Source of the DNA: Octopus bimaculoides
Taxonomy: Eukaryota
Length of the DNA: 64,000 bases
NCBI RefSeq assembly: GCF_001194135.2
Contig: NC_068983.1
Span: forward strand, 123,849,151 to 123,913,150
Direction of reading: 5' to 3'
Shown: positions 52,001 through 62,165 of the stretch, one piece after another
How positions within the stretch are numbered: the first letter of the stretch is position 1
How the letters are laid out: each line of letters begins with the position of its first letter
Translations under genes and position numbers: made by a program
The notes under the pieces: model-generated
Databases searched by the model: none
What the model saw: the letters and a program-made list of their open reading frames with translations, nothing else
What the model was told of the DNA's origin: nothing

Positions 52001-55000
52001 ATTTATATGTAATGAGGAGAAATGATGCATTGCAAAAATTTCTGTATGTGTGTTCATGAGCACATCTGTAAAGATATGATGGACAGACTGTTACAACATA
52101 CATGACAAGGATGGTTTAATTGAATTATTACTGGAATCGATATCTATTAAATAGTTTCCTTTATCTTCTATTTTTTATTAAAAAAAAAAGCTCAGATTTC
52201 AAAATATTTTCAAAGGATGGGGCATGAAGTGGTAAATATGAGATACAATCAAACACACAATTTAATGTAATCAAAATAGCTGACAACCTAGCAACAACTT
52301 AATTCCTATAATGGCAACAAAGCATATAAGAAAAAAGAGATTAGTTAGTGTAATCTGGTGATTAGTTGAAAGCAATTTCCAATTCTATCTCAAAAAATGT
52401 ATGTACATGTAACAATTTAAGCAGTTAAAAAATATCAATTAGACTTAAATTGTATTTTTTAGTAAGTGATCCATAATTCCATGAAGTTACAAAATAGCAA
52501 AAATATGTTTAAATCACGTTCAAATTGAATGTAATCATGGCCACTTCTTAGTATCATTTTGGCTAAACTCTTAAAAAATAATTACTTTTAATCAAATCAT
52601 ACAACTTTTTCCAACTAGCATGACATGAATTATTACACTAAATATAAATACATGCAAGTATTATTATGAAAGAATATGTGCTTATTTCCAAATGATTTTT
52701 CCAAACAAAACCTGTTTAAAATTTCTACAAAGTAATTAAATCAATTCATTTTGTAGATTTCAAACTTAATTAAAAATATATATACATTTCTTCCAAAATA
52801 TATATTTGTAAAAAATAAACTGCATTACCACAGAGAGGTAATTAGAGACAAAGATAACAGCATCACTCAGATAACTAAAATTTATAATCAATAACATTAA
52901 GTAGAAACACAAACCAATTAATTTTACTTCAAAATAAACCTATAATGAGAAAACTCCTCAAAATTCTTATATTGACCTTTAAACACTTAAAGTAACCTAT
53001 AGTAAACAAAATAATATGAAATTGTAAGAAGAGTAATAGAGACTAAAGATATTAAAGCCACTAATGCTCAAAAAACTGACACAACAAATAGTTGACATTA
53101 TAAAGGATAAGAACAGAAATAAAACACCATTATATAGAGGTAAAAATCTACAACAGAAGTAGCTAAATATTTAAGAACAGAAGTTTTTAAGTTATTGGTT
53201 ACTGAAACACCACAATTTTATATAACATTCTATAGAATAATTATAGTTACAAATAACTTTTTAAAAGCACACAATTATATTAATTTGTTAAAATTTAATT
53301 CAAAATAAATTTTTCAAATGTTATTGAAAAAATGGAATTTTAAAAAATATTAATAAAAGGTGTATGTAGTAAACCTATTGAAATTTCCTTAAAACAAAAT
53401 AACTGCCCAACTTATTTTATAGCAAATGATTTGATAAGTACTATGACTAAATGCAAATAGTTTTACATGATACTTTGATATTTACTAACATGTTAAAAAA
53501 AATATCTTGCTTCAGCCATGACCAATGCCAGAAGGTTAGAACTACTAAAAGAGTAACAGACTAATCAATGTCTCATTTTTGTTGTAACTATATTGGTTTA
53601 ACAATCATTATAATACTTCTGGGTAGGTATTACACACACATTTGCTCAAACAACTGACAAGTTTCAAATATAGATAAAACTTTATATGGTATTTAATTAT
53701 CTTAAAGAGACTTCTTTCAAAAAAGCAGATATCAGTTTCCCTGCAAGAACCCTAGCATAAAGATACCACCCAACATCATAAAAATTAAAATATCAAATAC
53801 AATGTTTTTAAAATTATGTTTGAATTTTTCCTATTTATATACTTTTGCTTAAATATTGAACAGATTAGTATCTATGAAAGCATATTAAAGGACATGCAAT
53901 TTTAAAATATTACTATTTGACCTTTAATTTATGTTTATTTTGACCATAACATTGATTCTGAAAATATAAACTGAAGTAACTAAATCCAGATTGCTAGTTT
54001 CTTAAAACAACTTTTGACTATCTGGAACTACTGTACCATTTTAAAAACTAATGTCAACTTATTAGACTAGTAAAGCCATTGTTCCTGCATGTTGGAATAA
54101 GATAGGCTTTGGCTATACTCCTTACACCAAAGAGAAGTGTAGACATCAGAAAAAAAGTAGGGCTATTATAATATCGATAATTCTGTTTCATCTGGCAATA
54201 TTGGTTAAAATGTCACTTAAGAAACTATTAGAACTAATTTGTTGGTTTAATAATGTTAAGCTTTAACCAAGATGCTCTTTAAAATCCAATTGTTCATCAG
54301 CATGCATCAGATCATGCCAGTTGGAAAAGCTAAGAAGAGAACCTGGATACTGCTTGTGTTCACCATCACTGAGGAACTTTCGCCGAGCTAGGATGTCACT
54401 ATTAGGCATAGGAGGTAGAATTTGGGGTATCTGAGCTAAGCTACCATGGCTGTGTGAAGTTGTGCTGCCATAGAAATCAACCGCACCTTCCAAATATCCA
54501 GCACCATAGGACCCTGATAAACGATTTTCATCTGAAAATTGAACAAAAGAAAGATCATATAAAAGCTGTTGACAAAAAAAGAATTTAGTTACATTAATGT
54601 ATACAGAATACCAATTACTAAAAATATTTTTCTTTCATTCTTTCTTTTTTTTTTTTTCCGTAAAGAATTCCTGGATTACTGATAACAATCCTTAAATATA
54701 ACATTTGTTTGTCTGTATACATTATAAGTATCACAATAATGAAAGATAAAAAATAGGAAATTTGGTAACAGTTTTGTTTCCTTGTCTAGACAATATTGCA
54801 TTTACAGTAGGAGAAAATTCAATAATAGAGTTGTTATTATCATAGAGAAGATGCCATCACTTTTTTTGCTGTTTTAGTGATAATTTCTTTGATGTTGTTG
54901 AAGAATTATGGCTGACATAATTTAAAGAGGCAAGCCCATTTATATCAATGTACATAATAATCATTCCATTTTTAAACATTCATATCCACTGATTTATGAT

Positions 55001-58000
55001 ACTATAAAAAACTTAATGTAAAAACTGCAAAATGCAATATCATAGCAGAATCCATATTTGAAGGGGGGGGGGGAAATCTGGAGGGAATTTCTATTGGAAA
55101 AACTTACCACTGAAGTAACCAACAACTGGACAGATATGATGATTAATATTCACAGTTGGTTCTTGTAAGGATACCATTGGCATATTCTTTAACTGGGCCA
55201 TGAAGGAATCTATGTAAGTATCATAATCTTCAGAGCTTTTAGACTTTTTTGCTCTTTTTTTGGGGCCTTGCCCTTCACTTTCTTTTTTCTGGGACTTTTT
55301 CCTTTTTTCTTTCATTCCAAATTCAGAAATTATCTTTTTCTTTCCCTTTTTGTCTTCTTCAACAATGCATTTTTTCTTTTCTTTTTTCTTTTTCAGTGCA
55401 ACTTCCTGTTTCCGCTTCTCTGCAAATAATACAATTTCATTTCATTCCCTTTTACTCAAGTGAAAAGTAATACTCAAATTCAATTTATTATAAGAGAAGC
55501 TCCAATGTATTATACATATTCAGGTACGATCACCTATATACATCTGACTACCTTCAACCCATGCTTATATCCATCTCACTCTTCCCTCCTACCCACCCCT
55601 GCTGATTCACATTCTTGGACATATTACCTTGAAGGTACATGCTGCCACCATGTCACCACAAGACATGGTACTCCAACCAGTTAGATCTTATCAAACCATC
55701 CAACCCATGCCAGCAGGGAAAATGGACGTAAAAATGACAATAGTGGTGGTAGTGATAATGGCAATGACTTGATTTATCTATTTCTCTGCTCATAATATTC
55801 CTATTCCACCCATCCTAATACTATTACCCACTCAGAAAACTCTGTACCTCATTTTCTTGTCCATGACAAGTTTCTCTGAGGCTTCTTCCACAGTATGCAT
55901 TTATTTGTCTCCATTCCTCATATCAATTAATTCTGCTGTCTTTTGTTTATATGTGCTTGGGTAAGTAACTAGAAGAAAAGTACTTAGTACACATAGAGCT
56001 CATTTATTCATTTGAAGCTTATGTGTAACTTTGTTACTCAAAGTAGCAACAGAGTCAAGCCTCAGCTACAAATGAATGAATAAACTATTACAAGGAGTAA
56101 GTGCCCCCACCCTCTTTGTTTACTCAAAAACGTCTATAAGATCTAATGCATGAATATGGAAAATTGGATATGAGAAGTATGTTAAGACAGATTACTGTGC
56201 AATATAGGTAAATGACAGATGCTTGGGGGNNNNNNNNNNNNNNNNNNNNNNNNNNNNNNNNNNNNNNNNNNNNNNNNNNNNNGGAAAGACCTTTTCTGAG
56301 CGAGATAGAATAAGAACTAACAGTGTGTGACAATATTTGTCCTCGGAGACAAGATGTCTTTTAAAAAAAATACAAGACCCATCCCACATATACTAGCCAA
56401 GGAAACACAAAATAATAAGGATGTGATGAGAGTAAAATAGAGTGACATATATACTGTAATGTATAGCCGAAGAATAACTGAGATATATGAAAAAGAAACA
56501 ATATCGCAAATAGTGAAATTTGACAGGAAAGTAGCAAAAAAGAAAAAAAGTTGTAGCAAATGTAATTAAATATTAATTCAAAGTAGATGATTGTTGACAA
56601 TATTTTGACTCTAAGCTTCTTTACTGTTTGGTGAAAATAGATGTATTTTAACATACCTGTGCAATAAAGTCACTTCCTTGGTCTTTTGTGTCATAACCAT
56701 TACTTATAGTACAACAAATAGATGTTAATTACATTACATCTTGATAAATCTTAATTCTTACCCCATAACTTAGCCTGTTCTTCAACATTCAAGTTGCAAT
56801 ACTCAGCACTTTCTTCATTAATCACAGTTTCTTTACATAGAGGCATGTTGTCAATGAGTTCCAGCTGACGCAGCTGATCTGGAGTCAAGGAGCTGTCTTC
56901 ATCAGCTTCCTACAATTTTAATAATACATTTAATTAAATCATTTCTAAATATATAAATTATCATATAAATCATTAATAGATTAAATAAAGAAATAAATAT
57001 ATCATAACAGTGTAATTATTTACAAAATGCATTTCTGAAGTAATTTCAATTTTAGATTCCATTCTATTAAAATTTTTAAATATTTGACTTTTCTTCCACC
57101 TCACATCTGATTTTCTTTGTTATTATCTTGTATGAACTGTGGTTTAGAGAATTTAAAGAAGGTTAAGAACAAATAAATTCAACATATTACAGCAGTTCTG
57201 ACTATCCACTATCTCATAGTCATCAATATTATTTTTCACTTGTTCATGGCAGTGATGCTAGCATAAAGAGTAGACAGACAAATTGAGTGTTTAATGATAT
57301 TTAATTTAGTAGCATGTGCTTGTAACTAAATTTACTGCAACTATTGTTCAGTTAATAATATACATAAGTTGTTGTTTCAGTTAGCCATGATCTTTCTATT
57401 TCCATCTCAAATAGTTTGCGTTTAAAGCTCAATTTCCGGTAGTCTAAACTGTGAGCAGTATTCAAGCTCTTCAACTTTAACCCAATCTTATATATTTTTA
57501 ACTTCTCCAACTCCTGGTTAACTTTACAAATAAACTACAGTATTTTTGTGCATACTCATTTAAGAAAACCCAGTTCTGAAAGTTTCTGAAAGTTAGAATG
57601 GAAAACAAAAATTTAGTGGGACTCTAGCTGAATTTACACAATAAAAGTTAAGCAACTAGTCACATACCTCAGTGCGACTGCTGGCTGATGGAGTAGTTCT
57701 AGTAGGAGCCTGAACAGCTGCACTACTATTCACTGTTGCAACCACTGCAGCTGCAACAGCACTTGTAGGATTATGAGCTGATGAAGCCAGCAACTGCTTC
57801 AGTAGCACGTTCTGGTTACCCTTTGAATCAACAATGCTTGCAACAGCATCAATCTCACTCTTTACTTCACATTTATCTACAAAAAATTGATTTTAATAAA
57901 ATTACAAATAAAATTTGGCATTACATTCCATCTGAATACAAACTGGAAATAACCAGATAGTACAGACATATAAAAAACGTATGAAGAATTTGATAAATAA

Positions 58001-60540
58001 ATTACTATTTTAAGTAAATTAATATTAAAACTTAAAATTGTAAATTGATTGGCATAATATAATTTGGATGTAACAACTTCTGAAAACAACATACCAGGTA
58101 AAGAAACCACATCTTCAGGTTCCTTTTTAATGTTAAATGTTGACACATGTGAGGCAGCTTGTTGCTGCTGCATGTGGACATGAGAAAGTGTAGTAATTGG
58201 TAAACTGGATCCAACTGAAGTATTTGTTGCTGAAACATCAACACCAAGATGATGCATAGGAACACCTAGTGATGAAATAAAGAGTGAGAAAACATAGAGA
58301 AATAAAGTTCGTGTCAGATAATTCATAGCCATAAAACAAATATTAACAATATCATTATGAATACATACAGTACTAGAAATAAGAAAATGACATACCTGTA
58401 TTTCCTATATATTTTTTAGTTCTTTTAATATTTTTATTGCTTCAAATCTTACTACCAAAACTCATCATCAGCATTATGTAATTTAGCCTTACTAGATGTT
58501 ATTCCGTAAACTGTATTTATTTTCCATAATAGCAAATATCAATTAAGAAATTATGACACTTTTTCTCATGAACATCTTACTTTAGATTACATAATTATTT
58601 TTTGGGGAACAATAAAAACTCTAAAAATAATCTACAAAGTCAAAATTTATATAAAAATGTAAACTGTAAGATAGTAGAATATGAAATCTCATAGAGAATT
58701 TAAAATTATCGTTTTAAAGTATATTGCATAAACAAAATATTTTTAATTGGCGAACAGAAAATACTTTGTAGACAAATTTCATACAGAAGGTTTGTTTCAA
58801 ATATTAGATATAATAAAACATGCTTAAAGTAAAACTGTACAAGAGGGATTCAAATATTATAATACCCAATCATGTTAACAACAACAAAACAACAACAAAA
58901 ACAACAACAATTAAAAAGATGAAGCCCTCTGGAATATTTCTAATCAAAAGTGGGAAAATTTGAATTTTAGAGGACAACTCTCAATTGGGTATGTAAATCT
59001 AAATGGCTAGCCAGTCCATTTCAGGCAATATATATANNNNNNNNNNNNNNNNNNNNNNNNNNNNNNNNNNNNNNNNNNNNNNNNNNNNNNNNNNNNNNNN
59101 NNNNNNNNNNNNNNNNNNNNNNNNNNNNNNNNNNNNNNNNNNNNNNNNNNNNNNNNNNNNNNNNNNNNNNNNNNNNNNNNNNNNNNNNNNNNNNNNNNNN
59201 NNNNNNNNNNNNNNNNNNNNNNNNNNNNNNNNNNNNNNNNNNNNNNNNNNNNNNNNNNNNNNNNNNNNNNNNNNNNNNNNNNNNNNNNNNNNNNNNNNNN
59301 NNNNNNNNNNNNNNNNNNNNNNNNNNNNNNNNNNNNNNNNNNNNNNNNNNNNNNNNNNNNNNNNNNNNNNNNNNNNNNNNNNNNNNNNNNNNNNNNNNNN
59401 NNNNNNNNNNNNNNNNNNNNNNNNNNNNNNNNNNNNNNNNNNNNNNNNNNNNNNNNNNNNNNNNNNNNNNNNNNNNNNNNNNNNNNNNNNNNNNNNNNNN
59501 NNNNNNNNNNNNNNNNNNNNNNNNNNNNNNNNNNNNNNNNNACACTAAGATTTCTAAATTTATTTTCTTCTTTGCAGTCAACTGACTGAAAAAAAGAAAA
59601 CAAATGAAATTTGTATTAGTCTCTGGCATTTTTAGTTATAATTCTTGAAGTGAAAACTTTAGAAAGTCCAATATATTACAAATATCAAATATCTATCTAC
59701 TTTGTGTTTCTGAGCCATCACTTACAAGTCATAAAATCCAGTTATAATACTATGGTTAATATGGCAAAAAAGGCCGAATTTTCAAGTGGTAAAATAACTA
59801 ACCTTTGTTAATGGAATCTTTGGTGTATGCCTCAGATCCAGTAGGATTAACAAAACTCCTCACATTAGTACTGCTAATCCGCTGTCCATCCAAAGATAAA
59901 TTGGAAGTGGAAGAAAAAGATGAAGATTGTGGAAAGTTAGACACTGTTAAGCCCTCTTTAGAATCCACTTCTTGCCCATTGTTAGATTGTTGTGAGGTAT
60001 GCAAAACTTGAGGAGATGATGGAACTGCTGGTGGAGAATGTTCAGGAAGTGGAGGGGGTGGTGGAGGAGGGGGAGGAGGTAGTGGTGGTAATGGTGGGGG
60101 TGGTGATTTGGGAAGAGGAGGAGCCAAAGATGACATTAATGATGTGATGGTTGTAGGAACAACTGGCTGAATGGCAGAATTTGTTGCTTGTTGTCCAAGG
60201 TTTTGCTGCTGGAATTGTTGTGAGTATTGGCCAGATGCTTGAGGGACAGTTAAATTGGATTCTGGAACCATAGTGTTAGTTGCTGGAGACTGACGGTTAC
60301 TAGATGCCAGAGCTTTTCCAGAATTTTTCCCACCATTGTGTTGCTGTTGCTGTTGCTGCTGCTGTTTCGCTTGCTCCTCTTTTTGAAGTTGCACATTAGT
60401 ATACAAAATTTCAATTATTCTTCGATCTGTTTCAGATTGAGGTTTAAAATTTAAATCCATTGGCGGTTTGAAAGGTTTTGCTGATCCTGATGAATTCCCA
60501 TTGCCAATTCCAGATGTATTTCCAAGAGTTTGTCCAATTC
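34775..60540 (-). CDS. KMT2C: Histone-lysine N-methyltransferase 2C/2D (MLL3/4, trr) ortholog, 3' portion: 22 coding exons, ~1640 aa, 5'-truncated by the window edge
   Basis: All 21 introns are GT-AG with matching phases; exon lengths sum to 4925 nt (2 + 1641 codons incl. TAG); ePHD-FYRN-FYRC-WIN-SET-postSET order and the terminus [27 protein letters not shown] are diagnostic; KMT2C vs KMT2D cannot be separated (single invertebrate ortholog). Confidence 0.97.
36375..36557 (-). CDS. KMT2C: KMT2C/D SET exon ([28 protein letters not shown])
   Basis: TTTTCAG / GTTAGT, 183 nt, RYINHSC motif. Confidence 0.98.
37510..37626 (-). CDS. KMT2C: KMT2C/D SET exon ([25 protein letters not shown])
   Basis: TTATAG / GTATTA, 117 nt, phase 0-0. 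Confidence 0.97.
37722..37899 (-). CDS. KMT2C: KMT2C/D pre-SET exon ([37 protein letters not shown])
   Basis: TTTGCAG / GTATGT, 178 nt, phase 2-0. Confidence 0.97.
38220..38540 (+). mobile_element. Older RTE fragment, same region and family as 38921-40180
   Basis: [27 protein letters not shown].. parallels [27 protein letters not shown]. Confidence 0.7.
38921..40180 (+). mobile_element. RTE-clade LINE 3' half with an embedded PHD-like finger, tandem 3' UTR repeats and a (TGA)n tail; antisense in a KMT2C intron
   Basis: [34 protein letters not shown]; VDSFCYLGD; [19 protein letters not shown]; RGRPRKTW; in-frame stops; tail AAAGTTAAATGATGATGATGAT. Confidence 0.93.
40660..41040 (-). mobile_element. 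tRNA-headed SINE with an RTE-like tail
   Basis: Homologous along its length to 24270-24665 and 61077-61482. Confidence 0.7.
41138..41268 (-). CDS. KMT2C: KMT2C/D exon with the FYRC end and WIN motif ([25 protein letters not shown]); alternative donor possible at 41126
   Basis: TTCTTGCAG acceptor; AA|GTACTT or, 12 nt further, CG|GTTTTT (both phase 2). Confidence 0.95.
41512..41648 (-). CDS. KMT2C: KMT2C/D FYRC exon ([28 protein letters not shown])
   Basis: TTTTAG / GTAAGT, 137 nt, phase 1-0. Confidence 0.96.
42660..42822 (-). CDS. KMT2C: KMT2C/D FYRN exon ([30 protein letters not shown])
   Basis: TTTAAG / GTAAGT, 163 nt, phase 0-1. Confidence 0.96.
43962..44088 (-). CDS. KMT2C: KMT2C/D FYRN-start exon ([31 protein letters not shown]); not in the ORF track
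   Basis: TTTTGCAG / GTATGT, 127 nt, phase 2-0. Confidence 0.95.
44386..44498 (-). CDS. KMT2C: KMT2C/D ePHD-end exon ([23 protein letters not shown]); not in the ORF track
   Basis: TTTTTTAAAG / GTAAAA, 113 nt, phase 0-2. Confidence 0.95.
45031..45274 (-). CDS. KMT2C: KMT2C/D extended-PHD exon ([47 protein letters not shown])
   Basis: CTGCAG / GTAAGT, 244 nt, phase 2-0. Confidence 0.97.
45900..46295 (+). mobile_element. RTE 3' UTR/tail copy with tandem ~60-70 bp sub-repeats
   Basis: Units (G/C)CAGTGGCA(C/T)GTAAAAAGCAC(T/C)ATC..AA.GTG..CGAT repeated 3-4 times, then the tail shared with 40020-40180. Confidence 0.85.
46332..46444 (-). CDS. KMT2C: KMT2C/D pre-PHD exon ((K)[27 protein letters not shown]); NAGNAG acceptor (start 46444 or 46441)
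   Basis: TTGTAG|AAG acceptor, AG|GTGAAT donor, phase 0-2. Confidence 0.94.
46734..46826 (-). CDS. KMT2C: KMT2C/D exon ([31 protein letters not shown])
   Basis: CTCTTCATAAG / GTAAGT, 93 nt; KKWKxxxWxKW motif is conserved in the family. Confidence 0.92.
47263..47715 (-). CDS. KMT2C: KMT2C/D exon ([18 protein letters not shown].. Thr/Ala-rich tract ..SPVPSQ)
   Basis: CATTGTTAG / GTGAGT, 453 nt, phase 0-0. Confidence 0.92.
48376..48521 (-). CDS. KMT2C: KMT2C/D exon ([31 protein letters not shown])
   Basis: CTTTTAG / GTGATT, 146 nt, phase 1-0. Confidence 0.92.
48899..49057. repeat. (GT)n spanning a 10-N gap (48938-48947), plus (TA)n at ~49024-49057
   Basis: Direct reading. Confidence 0.95.
49645..50177 (-). 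CDS. KMT2C: KMT2C/D exon ([57 protein letters not shown]..)
   Basis: ATTTTAG / GTAAGT, 533 nt, phase 2-1. Confidence 0.93.
50351..50609 (-). CDS. KMT2C: KMT2C/D exon ([23 protein letters not shown])
   Basis: TTTACAG / GTAATT, 259 nt, phase 1-2. Confidence 0.9.
54268..54531 (-). CDS. KMT2C: KMT2C/D exon ([25 protein letters not shown])
   Basis: TTTTCAG / GTTAAA, 264 nt, phase 1-1. Confidence 0.9.
55108..55419 (-). CDS. KMT2C: KMT2C/D Lys-rich (NLS-like) exon ([37 protein letters not shown]..)
   Basis: TTTGCAG / GTAAGT, 312 nt, phase 1-1. Confidence 0.9.
56762..56909 (-). CDS. KMT2C: KMT2C/D exon ([30 protein letters not shown]); not in the ORF track
   Basis: TTGTAG / GTAAGA, 148 nt, phase 0-1. 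Confidence 0.88.
57668..57876 (-). CDS. KMT2C: KMT2C/D exon with an LxxLL box ([26 protein letters not shown]); not in the ORF track
   Basis: TTTTTTGTAG / GTATGT, 209 nt, phase 1-0. Confidence 0.9.
58095..58265 (-). CDS. KMT2C: KMT2C/D exon ([20 protein letters not shown])
   Basis: CATCACTAG / GTATGT, 171 nt, phase 1-1. Confidence 0.85.
59037..59541. other. Assembly gap (505 N); other gaps at 34373-34381, 48938-48947 and 56230-56282
   Basis: Direct reading. Confidence 1.
59803..60540 (-). CDS. KMT2C: KMT2C/D exon, poly-Q / poly-P low-complexity region; most 5' exon found in the window
   Basis: GCCTTAG / GTTAGT, 738 nt, phase 1-1; ORF track 59798-60553. Confidence 0.9.
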
Positions 60541-61076
60541 CTAAGGCAAGCAAACATATCAGGTCTTGAAATTTTTAGATATAAAAATCACTTTAGAGCT
60601 TAACTTAGGTCACGAAAAAAAAAAAAACTTAAAAATGAGATGAAATTCTAATGTTGAATGAAAATATAAACTATATTTGTCGAGTGCATGCAGAAAATTT
60701 TTAAAAAAATTTAATTAAAAAAATGTTCACAAAGCATCTGAAGGGAGAAATCTTAATGAAAATATTTAAGTAAAATATATTTGAACATGGCTCAAATTTT
60801 TGTTTGTTCAAAACTGAAGTTACTGTAATAAATGAATAAAAAAAATGTATGATGAAATGAGTACATTCAAATATACTTGAGTAGAATATATTTATATATG
60901 AGTGTTCATAGCATTATTTCCTTTCATTTTGAGTATTTTTCTTAGGGTAAATATAGGTGTTTAAAAAAAAAAAAAATTCTAAATAAAATCTACCACCCTT
61001 TCACCCCCACACAATTCATCAGATACAGCAACTATGTTATTTAGTTCAAATACTTGAAATTAAAGAAACCATTTCA

Positions 61077-61482
61077 TCATCATTGTCTTCAACATAATGT
61101 CTACTTTTCCATGCTTGCATGGGTCAGACAGAATTCGTTGAGGCAGATTTTCTGCAGCTTGATGCCCTTCTTACTGCCAACCACAATGGTTTCCAAGCAA
61201 ATTAATATTTCTCCATAACCAGACACATTTTCATGGAAGACTGGAAACAAATGGCACTGACAGTATGATGGTGATGCAAGTTTACAAACTTACAACTATA
61301 AGACAAAGAAACACAAACACAGAAGATACATAACAGGCTTCTTTCAGTTTCTGTCAACCGAGTCTACTCACAATGCTTTGGTTGGCTATAACAGAAGTCA
61401 CTTGCCCAAGATGCCATGCAGTGCGACTGACTCCTAAAACCAGATGGTTGGAGAAGTCAACTTCTTAACCACATAGCTATGC
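61077..61482 (-). mobile_element. tRNA-headed SINE with an RTE-like tail and (TGA)n end
   Basis: CATCATCAT..TTTTCCATGCTTGCATGGG..GATGCCCTTC..GTTTCTGTCAACCGAGTCTACTCACAA..CTTAACCACATAGC. Confidence 0.75.
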
Positions 61483-61765
61483 TAATATTTAAAAACCATA
61501 AACTGATACAAAAGGTTATTAACCAAAATAAGGCAAAGTAACTGCTTCTGCAAAATAAGATATGGGATATTTATTACTCTCTTAACTGATTGTCTAGGTC
61601 CAAACCATGAAGTCTTTATTTCATAAATTTTAAGGGTCTTCTGAATACATTAATACTATCACTCAATAATCTGAAATGCCTTTAGTAATGGCAGGCTCAC
61701 AAAACAATAATAAAAACAATAGTAAGGAAGTTGTAGGTGTTCCACAATATCTGTGACCATAGACA

Positions 61766-61922
61766 CAGACGTAGCTGTGTGGTGAGAAGTATGCTTCCCA
61801 ACTACATGGTTCTGGGTTCAGTCCCACTGTGTGCAGCTATGGGCAAGTGTCTTCTACTATAGCCTCAGGCTAACCAAAATTTTGTGAGTAGATTTGGTAG
61901 ACAGAAACTGAAAGAAGCTCAT

Positions 61923-61975
<53 letters not shown>

Positions 61976-62165
61976 ACTACTTGACAATGAGTGTTGGTGT
62001 GTTTATGTCCTTGTCACTTAGTTCAGCAAAATGAAACCAATAGAAGAAGTATCAGGTTTTAAAAACAAAAGTAAGTACTGTGGTCAATTCATTCAACTAA
62101 AATTTTCTCCAGGGCAGTGCCAGCATGGCTGCAGTCTAATGATTGAAAAAAGTAAGAGATAAAAG
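61766..62165 (+). mobile_element. tRNA-headed SINE with an internal (TG)n tract
   Basis: GTGTGGTGAGAAG A box, CTGGGTTCAGTCCC B box; collinear with 25065-25450. Confidence 0.82.

Noticed and set aside
56124-56654. ORFs spanning the 53-N gap as extra KMT2C exons
   Set aside because: No family similarity; the direct 56762->55419 splice already keeps the frame
59003-59629. Long ORFs of X residues
   Set aside because: Artefacts of the 505-N gap
34775-60540. Minor (U12) or non-canonical introns in KMT2C
   Set aside because: All 21 inferred introns are GT-AG and none has the GTATCCT/ATATCCT U12 donor
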